Shown in pieces: positions 39,912 through 55,099 of a stretch of 64,000 nucleotides of DNA. Source of the stretch: Octopus bimaculoides (Eukaryota); contig NC_068988.1 in assembly GCF_001194135.2 (NCBI RefSeq), positions 10,027,656 through 10,091,655 on the forward strand. The letters are read 5' to 3'. Under the pieces are notes generated by a model. That model was not told the origin of the DNA and searched no databases. It saw only the letters and a list, made by a program, of their open reading frames with translations. How positions within the stretch are numbered: the first letter of the stretch is position 1; each line of letters begins with the position of its first letter. Made by a program: the position numbers and the translations under genes.

Positions 39912-41079
39912 AAATTATCATAATAATATTATAAACAGACTATAAGAGTACAAAATTTTGCCGGAAAAACAATTTCTTGACTACGTAATTAAAACAATAA
40001 ACTTTGGATATTTCACTGGTTTAACTTTTGTGTGAAGGGAATATATTTAAGCTCAGGTTACTACTTTTAGTAGAGTGAAGTAAATTAGTTTCTGAAATTT
40101 CATAATGACATATTATATGAATAACCGCAATAAACAAGCTTGATGTTCCTCCAGATATCTCTGAAAACGATAGCCTCCCAAAATCTGTGCATTGTTGAAG
40201 AGGAAGGCAGGTGTTTTCTGAATTCTTTTGTAATTTATTTTATCAAATATCTAGATAAATGAATTTAATATTTTACTAGTATATTATAGATTCTGAGATA
40301 TTCTGCAGTCAGGTAGTTTCACATTATTTATGATTCACCGAGAAGCACCGAAGAGTGGAATATACGGCCAATGTAATTAGTATAACCAAGAGAGACGAGA
40401 GACACCTCATTGCCATGCTTGGATAAAAGTACAGTCGAATGAACATTATTTTCATCTCACTACATTTCGTATGCAGACTTCATTTAATTACGCTCTTCAA
40501 CATTGTGCACCCATGGAGTAGATTCCAGAAGCATTATATTATATTTTATATATATATATATATNNNNNNNNNNNNNNNNNNNNNNNNNNNNNNNNNNNNN
40601 NNNNNNNNNNNNNNNNNNNNNNNNNNNNNNNNNNNNNNNNNNNNNNNNNNNNNNNNNNNNNNNNNNNNNNNNNNNNNNNNNNNNNNNNNNNNNNNNNNNN
40701 NNNNNNNNNNNNNNNNNNNNNNNNNNNNNNNNNNNNNNNNNNNNNNNNNNNNNNNNNNNNNNNNNNNNNNNNNNNNNNNNNNNNNNNNNNNNNNNNNNNN
40801 NNNNNNNNNNNNNNNNNNNNNNNNNNNNNNNNNNNNNNNNNNNNNNNNNNNNNNNNNNNNNNNNNNNNNNNNNNNNNNNNNNNNNNNNNNNNNNNNNNNN
40901 NNNNNNNNNNNNNNNNNNNNNNNNNNNNNNNNNNNNNNNNNNNNNNNNNNNNNNNNNNNNNNNNNNNNNNNNNNNNNNNNNNNNNNNNNNNNNNNNNNNN
41001 NNNNNNNNNNNNNNNNNNNNNNNNNNNNNNNNNNNNNNNNNNNNNNNNNNNNNNNNNNNNNNNNNNNNNNNNNNNNNNT

Positions 41080-41410
41080 ATATTATTACATATCTCTCCC
41101 GCCTGCGCTCCAGGGAGTAGAGACCTAGTGCCTTCAGTCGCTCCCTGTAGTTCATCTGTTGGACTGTGGCGATCTTTTTTGTATAGTGCCGCTGAATTGC
41201 CTCGAGTTCTGCTGTCCGCTTAACACTGTGTGGTGACCACAACTGAGAGCAATAGTCTAGGCGGCTCAGAACAAATGTCTTCCACAGAGTCAACATGACT
41301 TTTTGATCCCTTGTACGGAATGTCCTCAGTATCCACCCTGCCGGTTGTCTGCACTTTGCTGTCAACTTGACAATGTGCATGTGAAATGATGCATCACTAC
41401 ACATGTTGAT
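41080..41410 (-). mobile_element. CR1/L2-type LINE ORF2 fragment (region C-terminal to the RT core)
   Basis: Open frame GWILRTFRTRDQKVMLTLWKTFVLSRLDYCSQLWSP...LEAIQRHYTK...NYRERLKALGLYSLERRRER contains the LDYC..LWSP and Y.ERL..LGL.SLERRR motifs of CR1-clade ORF2; cut by a gap. Confidence 0.9.
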
Positions 41411-41840
41411 TATGTATGTATATATATAATTCAACTGGAATATACCCCACGGGGGTCAATTGTTTACGTATATATATATATATATATATNNNNNNNNNNN
41501 NNNNNNNNNNNNNNNNNNNNNNNNNNNNNNNNNNNNNNNNNNNNNNNNNNNNNNNNNNNNNNNNNNNNNNNNNNNNNNNNNNNNNNNNNNNNNNNNNNNN
41601 NNNNNNNNNNNNNNNNNNNNNNNNNNNNNNNNNNNNNNNNNNNNNNNNNNNNNNNNNNNNNNNNNNNNNNNNNNNNNNNNNNNNNNNNNNNNNNNNNNNN
41701 NNNNNNNNNNNNNNNNNNNNNNNNNNNNNNNNNNNNNNNNNNNNNNNNNNNNNNNNNNNNNNNNNNNNNNNNNNNNNNNNNNNNNNNNNNNNNNNNNNNN
41801 NNNNNNNNNNNNNNNNNNNNNNNNNNNNNNNNNNNNNNNN

Positions 41841-41881
<41 letters not shown>

Positions 41882-44061
41882 TAGAAAGATAGATAGAAAA
41901 AGTTAGATAGAAAAAGTTAGATAGATAGACAAATAGATATACATATCCATATACATATAGATATGCGTGTGGAGCATCTATGTACGCAGACGTATGTATT
42001 AATTTGCATTTATATAGGCGTGTGTGTGTGTATGTGTTTGTGTGTGTGCAACACAAACATACACATGTTCACGTAACCACGTACAAAGTACTGATTATAT
42101 ACACTGTAATGATAATTGAAAATTTTGATATCGTATATTTCGAATATTCATATAGATTTGAAATCAATAACTTATATTGATACATTCAACGACGGTTGAA
42201 ACTTTAATTTTTCGAAATCCGCTGCACAAACAATTTTTGTACTAAGAACTTGAATTTGACACAAATGTACGTCTCATTATATTTTAGATTTGAATAATCA
42301 TATATTAAATATTAACTTAAACATCGCTGTCTTGGATGGGAGACTTGAAAATTGCTGTGTTGGATGTGAAACTAACGTTTTACAGCACAATCTAACCTTC
42401 ATCTATAAAAATATGCGATACCCCTCGCGAGATGGATATGTTTTGTTCGTCAGAACTTAGAATGTTACTCAAAAACACAGTTATGTGCGTTGGCATTTTT
42501 CAAACATTAGGTAAGTGTCAAGGCTTTATGTCTCGGCACTTGAGTCACTGTGTAAACGTATTTATACTTGTTTTAATTCTATTTCCGCTAGGTACACCAA
42601 AGAAGTAAGACTTACATGGCTTTAGCATTATCTTTTACTGTGCTAGTAGATCCGGTCGTTTTGCTGTAGGTTCCGAATAAAAAAAAACAACCTTACTGTT
42701 CATTATACGAATTGTCAGAGTCTTATGTTCAAAAAGTGGAAACGAATTAAAGTGTCAAATATTCTTGGAAATGGTATGTTCTAACATCGTAACATAAGGA
42801 TGAGAATGTCTACTGATTAATACATACGTAGCATGGTTTTTTATGTACCCAAAGGAAATTAATATATACATGGGTGAAATAGTTTCTATAGATAAAATAA
42901 CACATATGTCTAATATATATTCTCCAATCTTATCTCAGTTCAAGGCAGACTTGTGTCATTCTAAATGAAGTCCGAAAATGAGATGGATAGAATGAATTGT
43001 GATCCCCATAATCGTAAAAGAGGAACGTGAAAGAAGGGATAATCACATGTACTACTACTGCTTTAAGTTAGAGAGTAAGGACTAATTTCGCAGAATATTC
43101 TGTATACTTGAGAGATATACCAACGGAGGTTTGAATGAATGTAAAAGTTTTATTTTGTAGCTAGGCGCATTTGAACAATGGATTATTATATAACAGGTAT
43201 CAAAATCCCGATCAGGCACTGAGCAACCACATGTATTGGTTACCTTCCTTGATTTACAATATATAAAGGAATTGCGAATGAAACGAATAAAATGTTTTGA
43301 TTCTATGTGCATAAGGAAAACCTTGCACAATATATATATAGAAAGAAGAAAAAAATTACCTCTGGTCAGTTGCTGAAATACACCAATCTTCAAAAAAGGT
43401 TGTAATTGGATCAATACATACATTTATTTGAGAGCACTGCCTATGTACATACTAGTATTCTATACTGAATCTTCCCCTACAGCAATTCAAATGATTGTCA
43501 AAGGCTGAATGAAACAGAATTCAATATGCAGCTCAGAGATACGCTATTTTTTCCTAATGCTTCTTCTGACACTACTAAACTAGCCTTCTACATGCAAGCC
43601 AGAATTGTATCTTCACTACACCACCCATCAAACGTTCATTTTCTTCTCTTATTGTTAGTATGACTCAATAAGATATATTACACAAAACGCTTTACCAAAT
43701 CATCTAATCTTTCGTCCGCAGAACTACAACCTACCAGAATCTTTTCATTCCAGGTCCTGCCTTCATTTATTTATTCCTTTATTTATTTATCTATTTATTT
43801 ATTCCTTTATTTGTTTATTTATTTATTTTAATAACAGTAATTTGCAGATGATTAACTCACCATAAAATAAAATCGATCTTACAGATTGCCTGTTCTTTTT
43901 ATTAAAAGTATATTTTAAACCCCCAAAATTCCGTGGCTACGTTGCCTCTTGTCTATTTTCCAATACCATAAATGTATATCACGAATTGGAAATAATGTTA
44001 TGTTGTAGTATTACGATGCATACGTAAATACATACAGACGTACATTATCATTATTATTTCA

Positions 44062-44381
<320 letters not shown>

Positions 44382-44765
44382 AAAGAGCAAACATTTTGGA
44401 GAATCCGTATAGGGCACGTGGCAAAATTTTAAGTTGAAGATATGTGGAAAACATAAAAAGTGAAAGAAAAATGCTTATATTTAAATAATGAATCATTTAA
44501 TCTTTTGAGAAAGAAATTTTATGGGTATTTGGCCGCCATTATTTCTTACAAATCAACTAATCATTTAGTTGTGTATATATTGGCCTGATAGGTCGCGTAG
44601 ATCGCCTTCCTTAGTAAAGAGAATTATGCAGGAACTTTTCTCTTTGTCGAAGCTACTATGTAAAGATACGCTTCTGATTGTGTCAATATGTGTGTTGCAT
44701 TACAGACAATATACCTTCTTAGATATGTAAACCTTAGGCAGTGCTATAGAAGTTCTCACTAAAGA

Positions 44766-44813
44766 AAAAGTTAAAATTCACAAAAGTTAAAATTCACAAA
44801 AGTTAAAATTCAC
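44766..44813. repeat. 16-bp unit x3 (AAAAGTTAAAATTCAC)
   Basis: Three exact copies. Confidence 0.95.
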
Positions 44814-45694
44814 AAAATAATTCGTTAATTTTCTTGCTTTAGTCAACAGAATCTAATAATCGTAAGTCCTCAAGCACAAACATGTGATTCAGAATTAATA
44901 ACAGGTTTCAAACGTTTCATTAACCTTTCTGCTTGTTCGAATATTTTAATGGCTTCAGTTAGTAATTCATTGTTAATTCTATGTTTCATAGTTTTCAATT
45001 GGTGTTGTTTTTGTTGATGATGTTACTGTTGTATATATGCTGCTTTTTTATGTTTAACCATTAGGTTGTATTCACGCAACAGACACATGGCAATGCAGAC
45101 CTGTGCAACAGATATCACGTTGAGAATTACAACCATAATTAGTAACTCATTCATTTCACATTACGTAACGAAGATTACCTTTTTGTATCTGTCATTTTTA
45201 TTTCATAAGACTGTTTCGTAAAATTGTGGAATGTACTTAGTTGCTACTTTTAGCGTATTACAGACAAAATCCCTCGCTACATTGTCATCTTTTGCTGTGA
45301 TGATAGCATTGGTGTTACCAATACAGGAACGCCAAGATTGTGTTGTTGTGTAACTTGTTTGATTTTTGGGTTGATATTGCAGTTAATGTAATCTTATTGA
45401 ATTAATATCAGTTGAAGTATGTTTAACCGGCAGAGTTTTTGTGGTAGCTGTTGATGTATTCTTCGTTGTGATGGTGTTGAGGTTGGGAATGTCGGTCGTA
45501 GTGACTGGCAACGTTGTGATCTGAAAGGATGTGTTGGTTGTGGTCGTGGTTGTAGTGTTCTAGTGCTGGTAGCTTTATCGGTGCTGTTGTTTGTGGTGGT
45601 GGCGAGATGAATGCTGCATTAGTGATATTGTTATTTTGCTGGTAGTGGGAGCGGTAGGAGTAGCGCCGTTGCTTTTGTCGTTATTATCGACAAC

Positions 45695-45960
45695 TTAATT
45701 GATCACGCAGATGCCAAGGGCTCTGAAAACGATGAACAGAAACATAATGACGAGGAAGAGAATAGCATTGACAACGACGATGATGATGATGATGATGGAG
45801 ATGAAGTCGATGAATGCCACAGAGACGATGACGATTATGAATATGATGCTGATGATGATGATAACGATGACGACGACGACAAAGGTAATGATGCCGACGA
45901 CGATAACAACGACGTCCATGACGATGATTTAAATGAAGATGGTGACGGCGCCAAAGGTGA
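45695..45960. repeat. Degenerate (GAT/GAC)n tract, preceded by a GT-rich low-complexity stretch from ~45300
   Basis: Directly visible. Confidence 0.8.
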
Positions 45961-46333
45961 TGTCTATAATAGAAGCAACCGATTCGATGGCGGTAGAGAA
46001 GCTGGCGAATTTTTATCAGAATTGATAGGATTTCAATGAAAAATCGTATTCAGCTCCCCGGGTTAACTGACAGCTGCGTTACTTCCATAGTCATGTTTTG
46101 ATTATGAAACAAGAGCGCACATGTTGAACATATAACGAAATTCCTTAGGTGACATGAAAAATAAAAAAAAATAAAAATTAAATAAATATCAACAATTACA
46201 AGTTTATTCCGAAAGTATTATGCAGATTTTATGCAACATAACTCCCAAATGCAAACAATGAATTCATGTTTACATCTTGCTTACCATTTCCCTATTTCAT
46301 GTCTAAAAATATACTTTTCTTTTCGCTCTTTTG

Positions 46334-46408
<75 letters not shown>

Positions 46409-46976
46409 TTTTGCTTTCAGTTTCTTTCGTTCTTTACATATCCATTTATCTCCGTCTGACTCACAATTGCACTCACACATAGTCAAATAAAACTTAGTCA
46501 CTTTTCACTATTTCTCTTGGACTTCCATTCTTTTCTCACTACTAATTTGTTTCTACTGCTAATAAACCAGTAATATATCTCCCAGACTCCTGTTTCTGAA
46601 TGACTTACATATGTTTCTTAATCATTTTTCTCTTATCTTAATGCATCACTATCCGCCTACCTGTTCGAATATACAATTTTCTTTAGACATAGTCGCATAC
46701 TGGTGATTTATAACATTCTCAACTTGTACATATGTAAATCAATATCGTTTTCCTCTTATCTTTATTTCTTTGTCTCTCTTATATGTCTTTTCTTCTTAAA
46801 CCTATCCACCGACGACTCAGTCTGTACGCCAGAATCCATTTGTCTAGTTTTAACTTTCTTACCTTATTCCATTTTCCAGCAATAACGTATTTACTTGTTT
46901 ACTACGCAAATGCATATCCATATATCCAACAATCCGTTCTTCCGTCCACCCATGCATACATACATACATACATACA

Positions 46977-47010
<34 letters not shown>

Positions 47011-47337
47011 CATACAAATGTACATATGTAAGCATGTGCATGCGTGTGCATTGGTGAATATGCGTGTGTGGGACTATTGTTTACATCATATGAATTTAGA
47101 AACTTCTTGATATGTTAAAGAAACCATTTTTTAACGCTGGAACTCCAAGTAAATAAAAAAAATATATAATAGCATCTAACTACTGGGTTAAAAGATTTTG
47201 ATATAAAAATACCAAAAGATAACCACGTGCAGCCAACAACAAGATTTTCATTCTAAGGCTTTGTTAAACCAACACTGTAAACGCCATTACGTTTATCTTC
47301 GAGTTCTAAGGTTGAAAAGTATTGATTTCCGATATCC

Positions 47338-47780
47338 AGGAGAGGAGGTATGGTAAGAATTTGCCTTGTAAAAGTTTGGTTCCGGGTTCAATCCCACTGC
47401 GTGACATCTTGGGCAGTTGTCTTTTGCTAGCCTAGATCCGATCAAAAAATTATGAGTGGATTTGGTAGATGGGATCTAAAAGAAGCCCGACGTATGTGTG
47501 CATGTACATGTGTGTTTGTATGTGTGTGTATGTCCGTGTGCGCGTGTGTATGTGCGCGTGTGTATGTAACAGGTGTGTTTGTGTCTGTGGTTGTCCCCTC
47601 ACCACTGCTTGACAACCGGCGTTGGTGTGTTATACACCAACAGGTAAAATAAGACCGATAGAATAAGTACTAGGCTTTGATAAAAAAAGTCCTCTAGCTG
47701 ATTCTTTCGTCACAAATCTTTCAAGGCAGTGGCCCAGCACTGTCGCGGTCAAATGACTGAAACAAGTAAAAGAAGAAAAG
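47338..47780 (+). mobile_element. Near full-length tRNA-derived SINE, family C (internal TG microsatellite)
   Basis: B-box-like GGGTTCAATCCC; CORE-like ATCTTGGGCAG.TGTCTT; GTGGATTTGGTAGA; tail GATAGAATAAGTACTAGGC...GGTCAAATGACTGAAACAAGTAAAAGA. Confidence 0.85.
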
Positions 47781-47795
47781 CGTATGTGTATACAT

Positions 47796-47850
<55 letters not shown>

Positions 47851-48553
47851 NNNNNNNNNNNNNNNNNNNNNNNNNNNNNNNNNNNNNNNNNNNNNNNNNN
47901 NNNNNNNNNNNNNNNNNNNNNNNNNNNNNNNNNNNNNNNNNNNNNNNNNNNNNNNNNNNNNNNNNNNNNNNNNNNNNNNNNNNNNNNNNNNNNNNNNNNN
48001 NNNNNNNNNNNNNNNNNNNNNNNNNNNNNNNNNNNNNNNNNNNNNNNNNNNNNNNNNNNNNNNNNNNNNNNNNNNNNNNNNNNNNNNNNNNNNNNNNNNN
48101 NNNNNNNNNNNNNNNNNNNNNNNNNNNNNNNNNNNNNNNNNNNNNNNNNNNNNNNNNNNNNNNNNNNNNNNNNNNNNNNNNNNNNNNNNNNNNNNNNNNN
48201 NNNNNNNNNNNNNNNNNNNNNNNNNNNNNNNNNNNNNNNNNNNNNNNNNNNNNNNNNNNNNNNNNNNNNNNNNNNNNNNNNNNNNNNNNNNNNNNNNNNN
48301 NNNNNNNNNNNNNNNNNNNNNNNNNNNNNNNNNNNNNNNNNNNNNNNNNNNNATATATATCGCTGTGTCTGGAGAGAGTCAAATGGCCTTGGTATATATT
48401 TATATATATATACATATGTATATATGCACACGCATAATTGTGCATAAATGTATTAAGTATACATTTATCTATTACATACAACTAGATACATACATACACA
48501 CACACGCATATATAGAAAGGGACAGACAGTAAGACTGAGATAGAGATAAAGAT

Positions 48554-48590
<37 letters not shown>

Positions 48591-49558
48591 AGAAGAGAGA
48601 GAGAGAAAGAAAGATAATTTCTTCGTATACTTATCGCTGGCCCTCTTTCTTCTTCATGCACACAGGTACATACAGTCTATGATTTTATATTTTCTCATCA
48701 TTCTATCTCCAGTTTCTGTTTTCGTTCCATTAAAACGCCTAAACACGTTGCACATAGTGTTATGAAATAATTATGTTGCCAATTCAATCAAATGTTCTTG
48801 AACATTTAAACAACATGAGAATATATATATAAAAAAAAGAAAATGATAAATGTCAAATATTTCTGAATGCAAAAAAAGTCTTCAGATGCTGTTTTCACTT
48901 CCAATGACATCTCAGTCTGTAGAAAATATATTATACGCATGTCAATAGAAGAATATTATTTTACTTGCTTCTGCAATATTCTTTATCCTTTGGGTGAATC
49001 ATGAACGATGCAATATGTATTAGCTACATAAGAAAATATAGGATTTTTCCACAGGGCAAAACCTAATATTTTTACTGCATAATGAACTTTGAAACTAGTA
49101 CTATGACTTGGATTGCGATGAATATTTAATAATGAATACTTACGATGTATGCCTCACAGAAAAATGCTAAATGAAAAAAAAAGTAGCAATAATGACACAC
49201 AGCATGTATCTTATTTGAGAAAAATAGCGAAATATCGCTTATTACAAGAGAATTCACTTCTCAAACGTATCTTATTATCCTTATGCCAAGTGGCTAGTCT
49301 TATATAGCTTAAAGTATAATATAAAACGACTCTACTCTTATACAAAATTGTAAATATATAAAGGAATCACTCATTACTACTTTATCACGTTAGCGAAATT
49401 TATGTATTGTTCAGGTCTAAAATTATGTAAACCTAATCGTAGATGGAATTGGATAACGTTAATCCCTCACTAATATTGTCCTTACATACAATCAGAAGAA
49501 TATCCCTGGTTAGTTTAGCAGTGCAGATTGTATTCGCTTTAGTCAAACTAACTTATCT

Positions 49559-49943
49559 GGTTGGCACTCCGTCGGTTACGAGGACGAGGGTTCCAGTTGA
49601 GCCGACCAACGGAACAGCCTGCTCGTGAAATTAACGTACAAATGGCTGAGCACTCGACAGACACGTGCACCCTTAGCATAGTTCTCGAGGGAGATTCTGC
49701 GTGACACAGAGTGTGAAAAGGTTGACCCTTTGAATTACAGGTACGACAGAAACAAGAAGATAGAGCGAGAGAAAGTTGTGGTGAAAGAGTACAGCAGGGT
49801 CCCCCCCCCACCCCTTTGCCGGAGCCTCGTGGAGCTTTTGGTGTTTTCGCTCAATAAACACTCTCAACGCCCGGTCTGGGAATCGAAACCGCGATCCTAC
49901 GACCGCGAGTTCGCTGCCCCAGCCACTGGGCCATTGCACCTTC
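49559..49943 (-). mobile_element. Full-length tRNA-derived SINE, family B, with 12-bp TSD
   Basis: Highly similar to 16107-16609; ACTAACTTATCT at 49547-49558 and 49944-49955. Confidence 0.92.
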
Positions 49944-52294
49944 ACTAACTTATCTATTATACAGTTTATGGTACAGAGATGTTGTAGTGAAGCGTGTAAT
50001 ATACTGAACTAATTTAACTTTACACCATTTATTTCAATACCCATTTAAACTTTAAAATTTAACCATTAGAGCATTTATGTTGTTCACATCTGTTGCCTAT
50101 AATTCCTCCCAATACATGCCTGTCCTGTTTTATATGCTTTAGAGAAGATTGAAACAATATCCACGAGTATACGCAAGCCCTGAGACAGTGGCGAGAAGGA
50201 GAGGAGGGAGATATACGCAATTTGAAGACCTCAGCCGAGTAATTGCTATAGAGTAAACTCCATTAATATTCATTTAGGTGACAGTGGATGATAAAGCGAA
50301 CAAAGGGATTAAATTCTTTAACTCAAATAAACTTCAGTAGGATTTTAACTCACAACGAGGCAAATAGCGTCGTTCTTCTAATTCTGTGATTAGACTACAC
50401 TGCATTATGTCATTTTTTAAATACAAACAATGATATCGAAATGATGAAAATAAAAATATGGTCACAGCATTATTTGAAACCGGATCGCAGAGGATCGGAA
50501 CAAATAACACGAAACATAACTTTAAGGCGTAGTATCTATAGAATAAACCTGCTAGAAATGTCAGCGAAAACTATCTCAAAACGAGACATTAAAAGAGAAT
50601 TTAAAAGTGATTATGATGGCTGCAACACCTTTTAACCACTGTTGTGTACTCTCCTCTCTGATCTTCTACTTAAATATAACAAAGATGTATTAATGAAGTT
50701 TCATTCAGTTTGTATACTTTGCGAGAACAAAGTATATTTGTATTATATACTTTCAAATTGTTGATTGTATCTTTTTCTCCCGCCCAAAGTATATTTAACC
50801 TAGATTCTTTTTTTCTTTAAATATAATTGAGTCTCACCGTTGTTCTCATAACATAACGGATACCATTTTACTTGACAATATTGCTCGTAAACTAATGAAA
50901 CTAGCAAAGGCGATAATTTACTCAGCTTCCCTGAAATTCTCACATATAGAAAACTATCGATAATTACCGTTTTAATTTTGTCTGTGCTTAGTTTATGAGA
51001 GACATGATATTTTCAATTTCATTCTTCCAGAATGTATAAAATACAGTCCATTAATATCCGAGTGATAATGACGTCCACTTTGACGTTAGTGTCTTTGGAA
51101 TCCTACCATAGTGATATGTGGAAGTAAATATGTCGGACAAGAGCTGCCTCCTTATTCATAACGCAAATTTTAATAAATTTGCATCAAACAAGCGGATAAT
51201 ACAGTATAATCTTCACAGTGTAAAGCAATATTTATTTAAACCCCAGTCTTTTGGAAGCGATTTATTTTTTAACTACTTTGGTTAAAGGCAATAGGTGGTA
51301 GAGAGGAGAGTGAGAAACACTTCTGTAGATTTTCTTAGCCTGAATAAAACTACATTTTCAACACTTATCTCAACAGCAGCTTTAAATAATTCTCCACACT
51401 ATTTTCTGGTAATGCTCTTCTATGCAATAAGCATCCCAAGCTTAGGTGAAGAAGTGTCTGCAACATTCAGCCATTTCCGAGGGGTAATTATTATTCAAAC
51501 AAATTATCTAATATAATTATAATTGAACAGCACTACAAATGCTTTCTGACGCAGGCAGAAAGCTGACCAACATGTTGTGATTGATAAGATAGATTGTTTA
51601 TCGAAACTAGCATGCCAGAAAATCCAAATAATTTTGAACACAACGTATATACAGATGTCACTAACTACATTTCAATGATACTAACAATCAATTCTTCGAT
51701 ACAGATATCTGCATTTTATAAAACCTTTAACGCATTTCTCGTAATTAATTATGGATATAAATATAAGTCAATTAATACAAACATGAATAAGGCAGTCGAT
51801 TAATTTTAACATCATTATAGAGATCGATTTTCAGAAGCTTGAACAAACATTTGCAGTAATATCTCTCGCTATTTATTTTCTGAGTTTAAATACCATTGAG
51901 GCTAGCTTTGCCTTTGATCAGGCCATTGTTAATAAACAAAGTACTGATATATGTACGGATATTAACGTCGATTTTTTCTCTTTCCGTCCTCCTCTCAAAA
52001 TCGGATGTTCTATCTTATGAGAGAGTCTTGTGGAACTAATCGCAATATATTTCTCCAAAAAACTGGGGAGGGGTTAAGTAAGGGCTAGCACGCATTTATA
52101 ATCTAATTTGAAAGGAAATCCATCCATCAAAGTGCAGCGCGGGCAAATGGCGGACAGTATACAGCGAGGCAATGAATGCCATGGGTGTTAGGAATAACAA
52201 CAACATCATCAACACCGACAAAAAACATCAGCAACACAAACAACAGTAACAACAATAGCAGCATCAATAACAACAACAACAACAGTATTAATCA

Positions 52295-52508
52295 TAATGG
52301 TTACGAATACAAACACAAGGCGAGCTATTTTGGTGGAAATAGCCTGTTACCCCTACCCCGGTACTAACTGAAACTCAGCCTATTGACCTCCGAAAGGTCA
52401 AAAGCGTATCCAACCTCGGAGGAATTTGAATTTAGAAGGTGAAAACGAGTGAGATGCTGCCAAGTTCTTTGCCCCGCGTGCTCTTGCCTCTGCCAGATGG
52501 CCGACTTG
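52295..52508 (-). mobile_element. Degraded SINE family A copy embedded in AAC/AAT repeats
   Basis: ATTGACCTCCGAAAGG..AAAAGC...CCTCGGAGGAATTTGAATTTAGAA...CTCTGCCAGATGGCCG followed by (AAT)n at 52510-52588. Confidence 0.75.
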
Positions 52509-52509
52509 C

Positions 52510-52598
<89 letters not shown>

Positions 52599-52601
52599 AA
52601 A

Positions 52602-52773
52602 TCAAAATTAAAAGAAGAGTGCCATTTGCTATCTTGTGAACAATATTTCGACATCTCGCGTGTCTTCCACTGGTTCAAAAAATAAATTTGTCAATCTACT
52701 TCATTTTGGTTAATATAGAATGAAGATATAGAGTCAAAATTAAAAGAAGAGTGCCATTTGCTATCTTGTGAAC
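52602..52773 (+). repeat. Exact 40-bp direct repeat, 132-bp period
   Basis: TCAAAATTAAAAGAAGAGTGCCATTTGCTATCTTGTGAAC at 52602-52641 and 52734-52773. Confidence 0.95.
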
Positions 52774-52802
52774 TTCAGGAGGAGTTACCTCAATCCTTTC
52801 TA

Positions 52803-53360
52803 TATTATTATTATTATTATTATTATTGCCTTTGCACAGCTTCTAACGCTGGAGATGTACTGAGATGTCAGCTGTTCTCTACCAGTGAACTAAGGTAACA
52901 CCCATTATTTTTGAAGCACCATCCGGTTCCAAAACAGTGCTGTTTTCTGCAAGTGCTCCACTGCAATTGCAGCTGCTATTTGCTCCATGTACTTCTCAAG
53001 ATGTTTACTCACTGTTCGCAGGCCCCCGACACTCATTGGCACTACTACCACCTTTTTCATTGACCACAACTGTTTAACCTTCCGAGCTAACCTGTCATAG
53101 CTATCGACTTTTCTTTCTCCCTTATCGCATACCTTATTGTCAGCTGAGCATGCTATATCTATGATCCATCATCGTTTGCTTTCTTTCTCACTTAGCACCA
53201 TGTCTGTTTTCCTATTCTCTATCTCATTTTCGCACTGAATCATAAAATCCCATACGATATTTGCATTAGCATTTCCGATGATGCATTTGGGTTTATGTTC
53301 GTACGACGATTTTGCTGTCAAGACCATACTTGTTGCAAGGTTTCCCATGTACAATCATTG
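52803..53360 (-). mobile_element. 3' fragment of R4/Dong-type non-LTR retrotransposon (RLE endonuclease) ending in (TAA)n
   Basis: YEHKPKCIIGNANANIVWDFMIQCENEIENRKTDMVL..KR*WIIDIACSADNKVCDKGERKVDSYDRLARKVKQLWSMKKVVVVP..VGGL..VSKHLEKY..QI..EHLQKTALF matches the CCHC-RLE (RPD..IID.A..E..K.KY) C-terminus; TAA repeats follow on the sense strand. Confidence 0.85.
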
Positions 53361-53532
53361 CTATATAGTCATACAGCCATTGAGGATGTATGTGGAGCAA
53401 AACCTGGGGCAAATACGTAAGATCAACCTCTAGAAAAAATGCACTAGTGACAATATATATACGGGAATTTTAGATTATGTGGAACAGAGGATGACAAGCA
53501 ACTATCTCTTTCTACGTTCAGTAAAGAAAACG

Positions 53533-53578
<46 letters not shown>

Positions 53579-55099
53579 CGTGCGTGCGTACGCGCATCTG
53601 TGTGTGTGCAGTTGGCGTATGAATGTTGTCGTTTCTCTTGTTTTTGTTGTTGCTACTCTAACTTTGCCGCTGTTTTGTTTTCTCTAAGTTTGCCACTGTT
53701 TGGAATAAAATGCTTGAGAAGAGCTTTATTTTTCAAGTTATATTAGCATTTTATTTAATGAATTGCTTGTACAATTTATTTTGTTTATTAAATGTATTTT
53801 AATGCAAGAACAACGATATTTCCCTAACTTGGAGAGAGTGGTTCTCTATTTATGGTTGTGTTAAATATCGGATTAATACAAGAAGACATTCAAAGTCTCT
53901 GAATCGTTGCATTAATAAGATGAACCTTAACACACATAGTTTCTCATTTAATAACAAGCCAATTCAAAAGGAAATATCATCCATACTTTGAAATATATAT
54001 TCGGCTACGTTGTTTCCTCATAGAGAGTGTAAAAAACAAAAAATGTCTTACTGCGTCAATAAACAGAAAAAACAAAAAAACAAAAACAAAAAAGACTGAT
54101 GAAGGTTTTGATGATAACGAAAATAATGGAGACATTTATATTTTATCATTTGCCACTGTCCTTCTACAGAAGGTACTAAACATTCAATGTGACAAGTTCT
54201 CTCCTTTGGATGTTGGTCATTAATAAATCCATCTGCGTACTATATAAAAATAAGTTTGATTTATGTTAGTAGGAACAGATAGTTCTCATACGAACTTTTA
54301 CTTAGCATATACCAGAACCAAATATATTGGAGAAAAAAACAAAACTCTATCGATTGCAGCTATTACATACTGCATATTTGGAAAATTTAATTTATCTACA
54401 CTGCAGGGAAAACAGGCCACGATAACCATATCGGTACACAAGTCAGAAGGGAGAGCATCACAGCATTAGTAAAAATTATCTATGGTATCTGGCTCGATGT
54501 TATATCGTTTCAACAAATTTGTTTTCCCCCAGGGACCAATTGCATGATAGAAATAATGCAGTTGTGTTATCAAAGTTAAAATTCCGTAATCGATCTGGAG
54601 AAGAAATGAAGTAATTCACATGGATATCGTTTCGGCAATTACTTTTTTTTTTTAAACGAAATCTCCAACTGTGCTATATTGGGACGATTTGTTCTATCAT
54701 ATTACTATTAATATTTCAATGGTGAACAGAATAAAATACCAATATACTGGTTTTCAGTAGGAGAGGCTGCCTTCAGAGAATTTATATAATTCATACAAAG
54801 TGCATCCATCCATGCATCCATCCATCCATCCAAATATATACAGGATGCGATGGGTAAATCGTCACCATATTATATTTTAAATTTCGCACATGAGCATTGT
54901 TTGCTTTTTTTGTCGACTACACAGTGTAGTAGGGTCAGCTGGGCACCGTCTGTGAGAAAAAAACAGCAACATGACGCAATTCACTCTGCTAGAAATTTGG
55001 AAACGACATGCTGTATTGCTTGGCATTCACACCGGAGTATATCTTTGGATATATTCATATATACGTACACACACAAAAACACACACGCACACATACATT

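Noticed and set aside
43082-43423. 113-aa repeat-free ORF on the minus strand
   Set aside because: Non-ATG start, AT-rich composition, no recognisable motif or splice context; within chance expectation for 64 kb
45290-45700. Thr-rich mucin-like frame on the minus strand
   Set aside because: Low-complexity ACA/ACC decay with stops, contiguous with a (GAT)n tract
54095-54145. CTGATGA...GAAA hammerhead-like spacing
   Set aside because: Stems I-III do not pair and there is no properly placed NUH triplet
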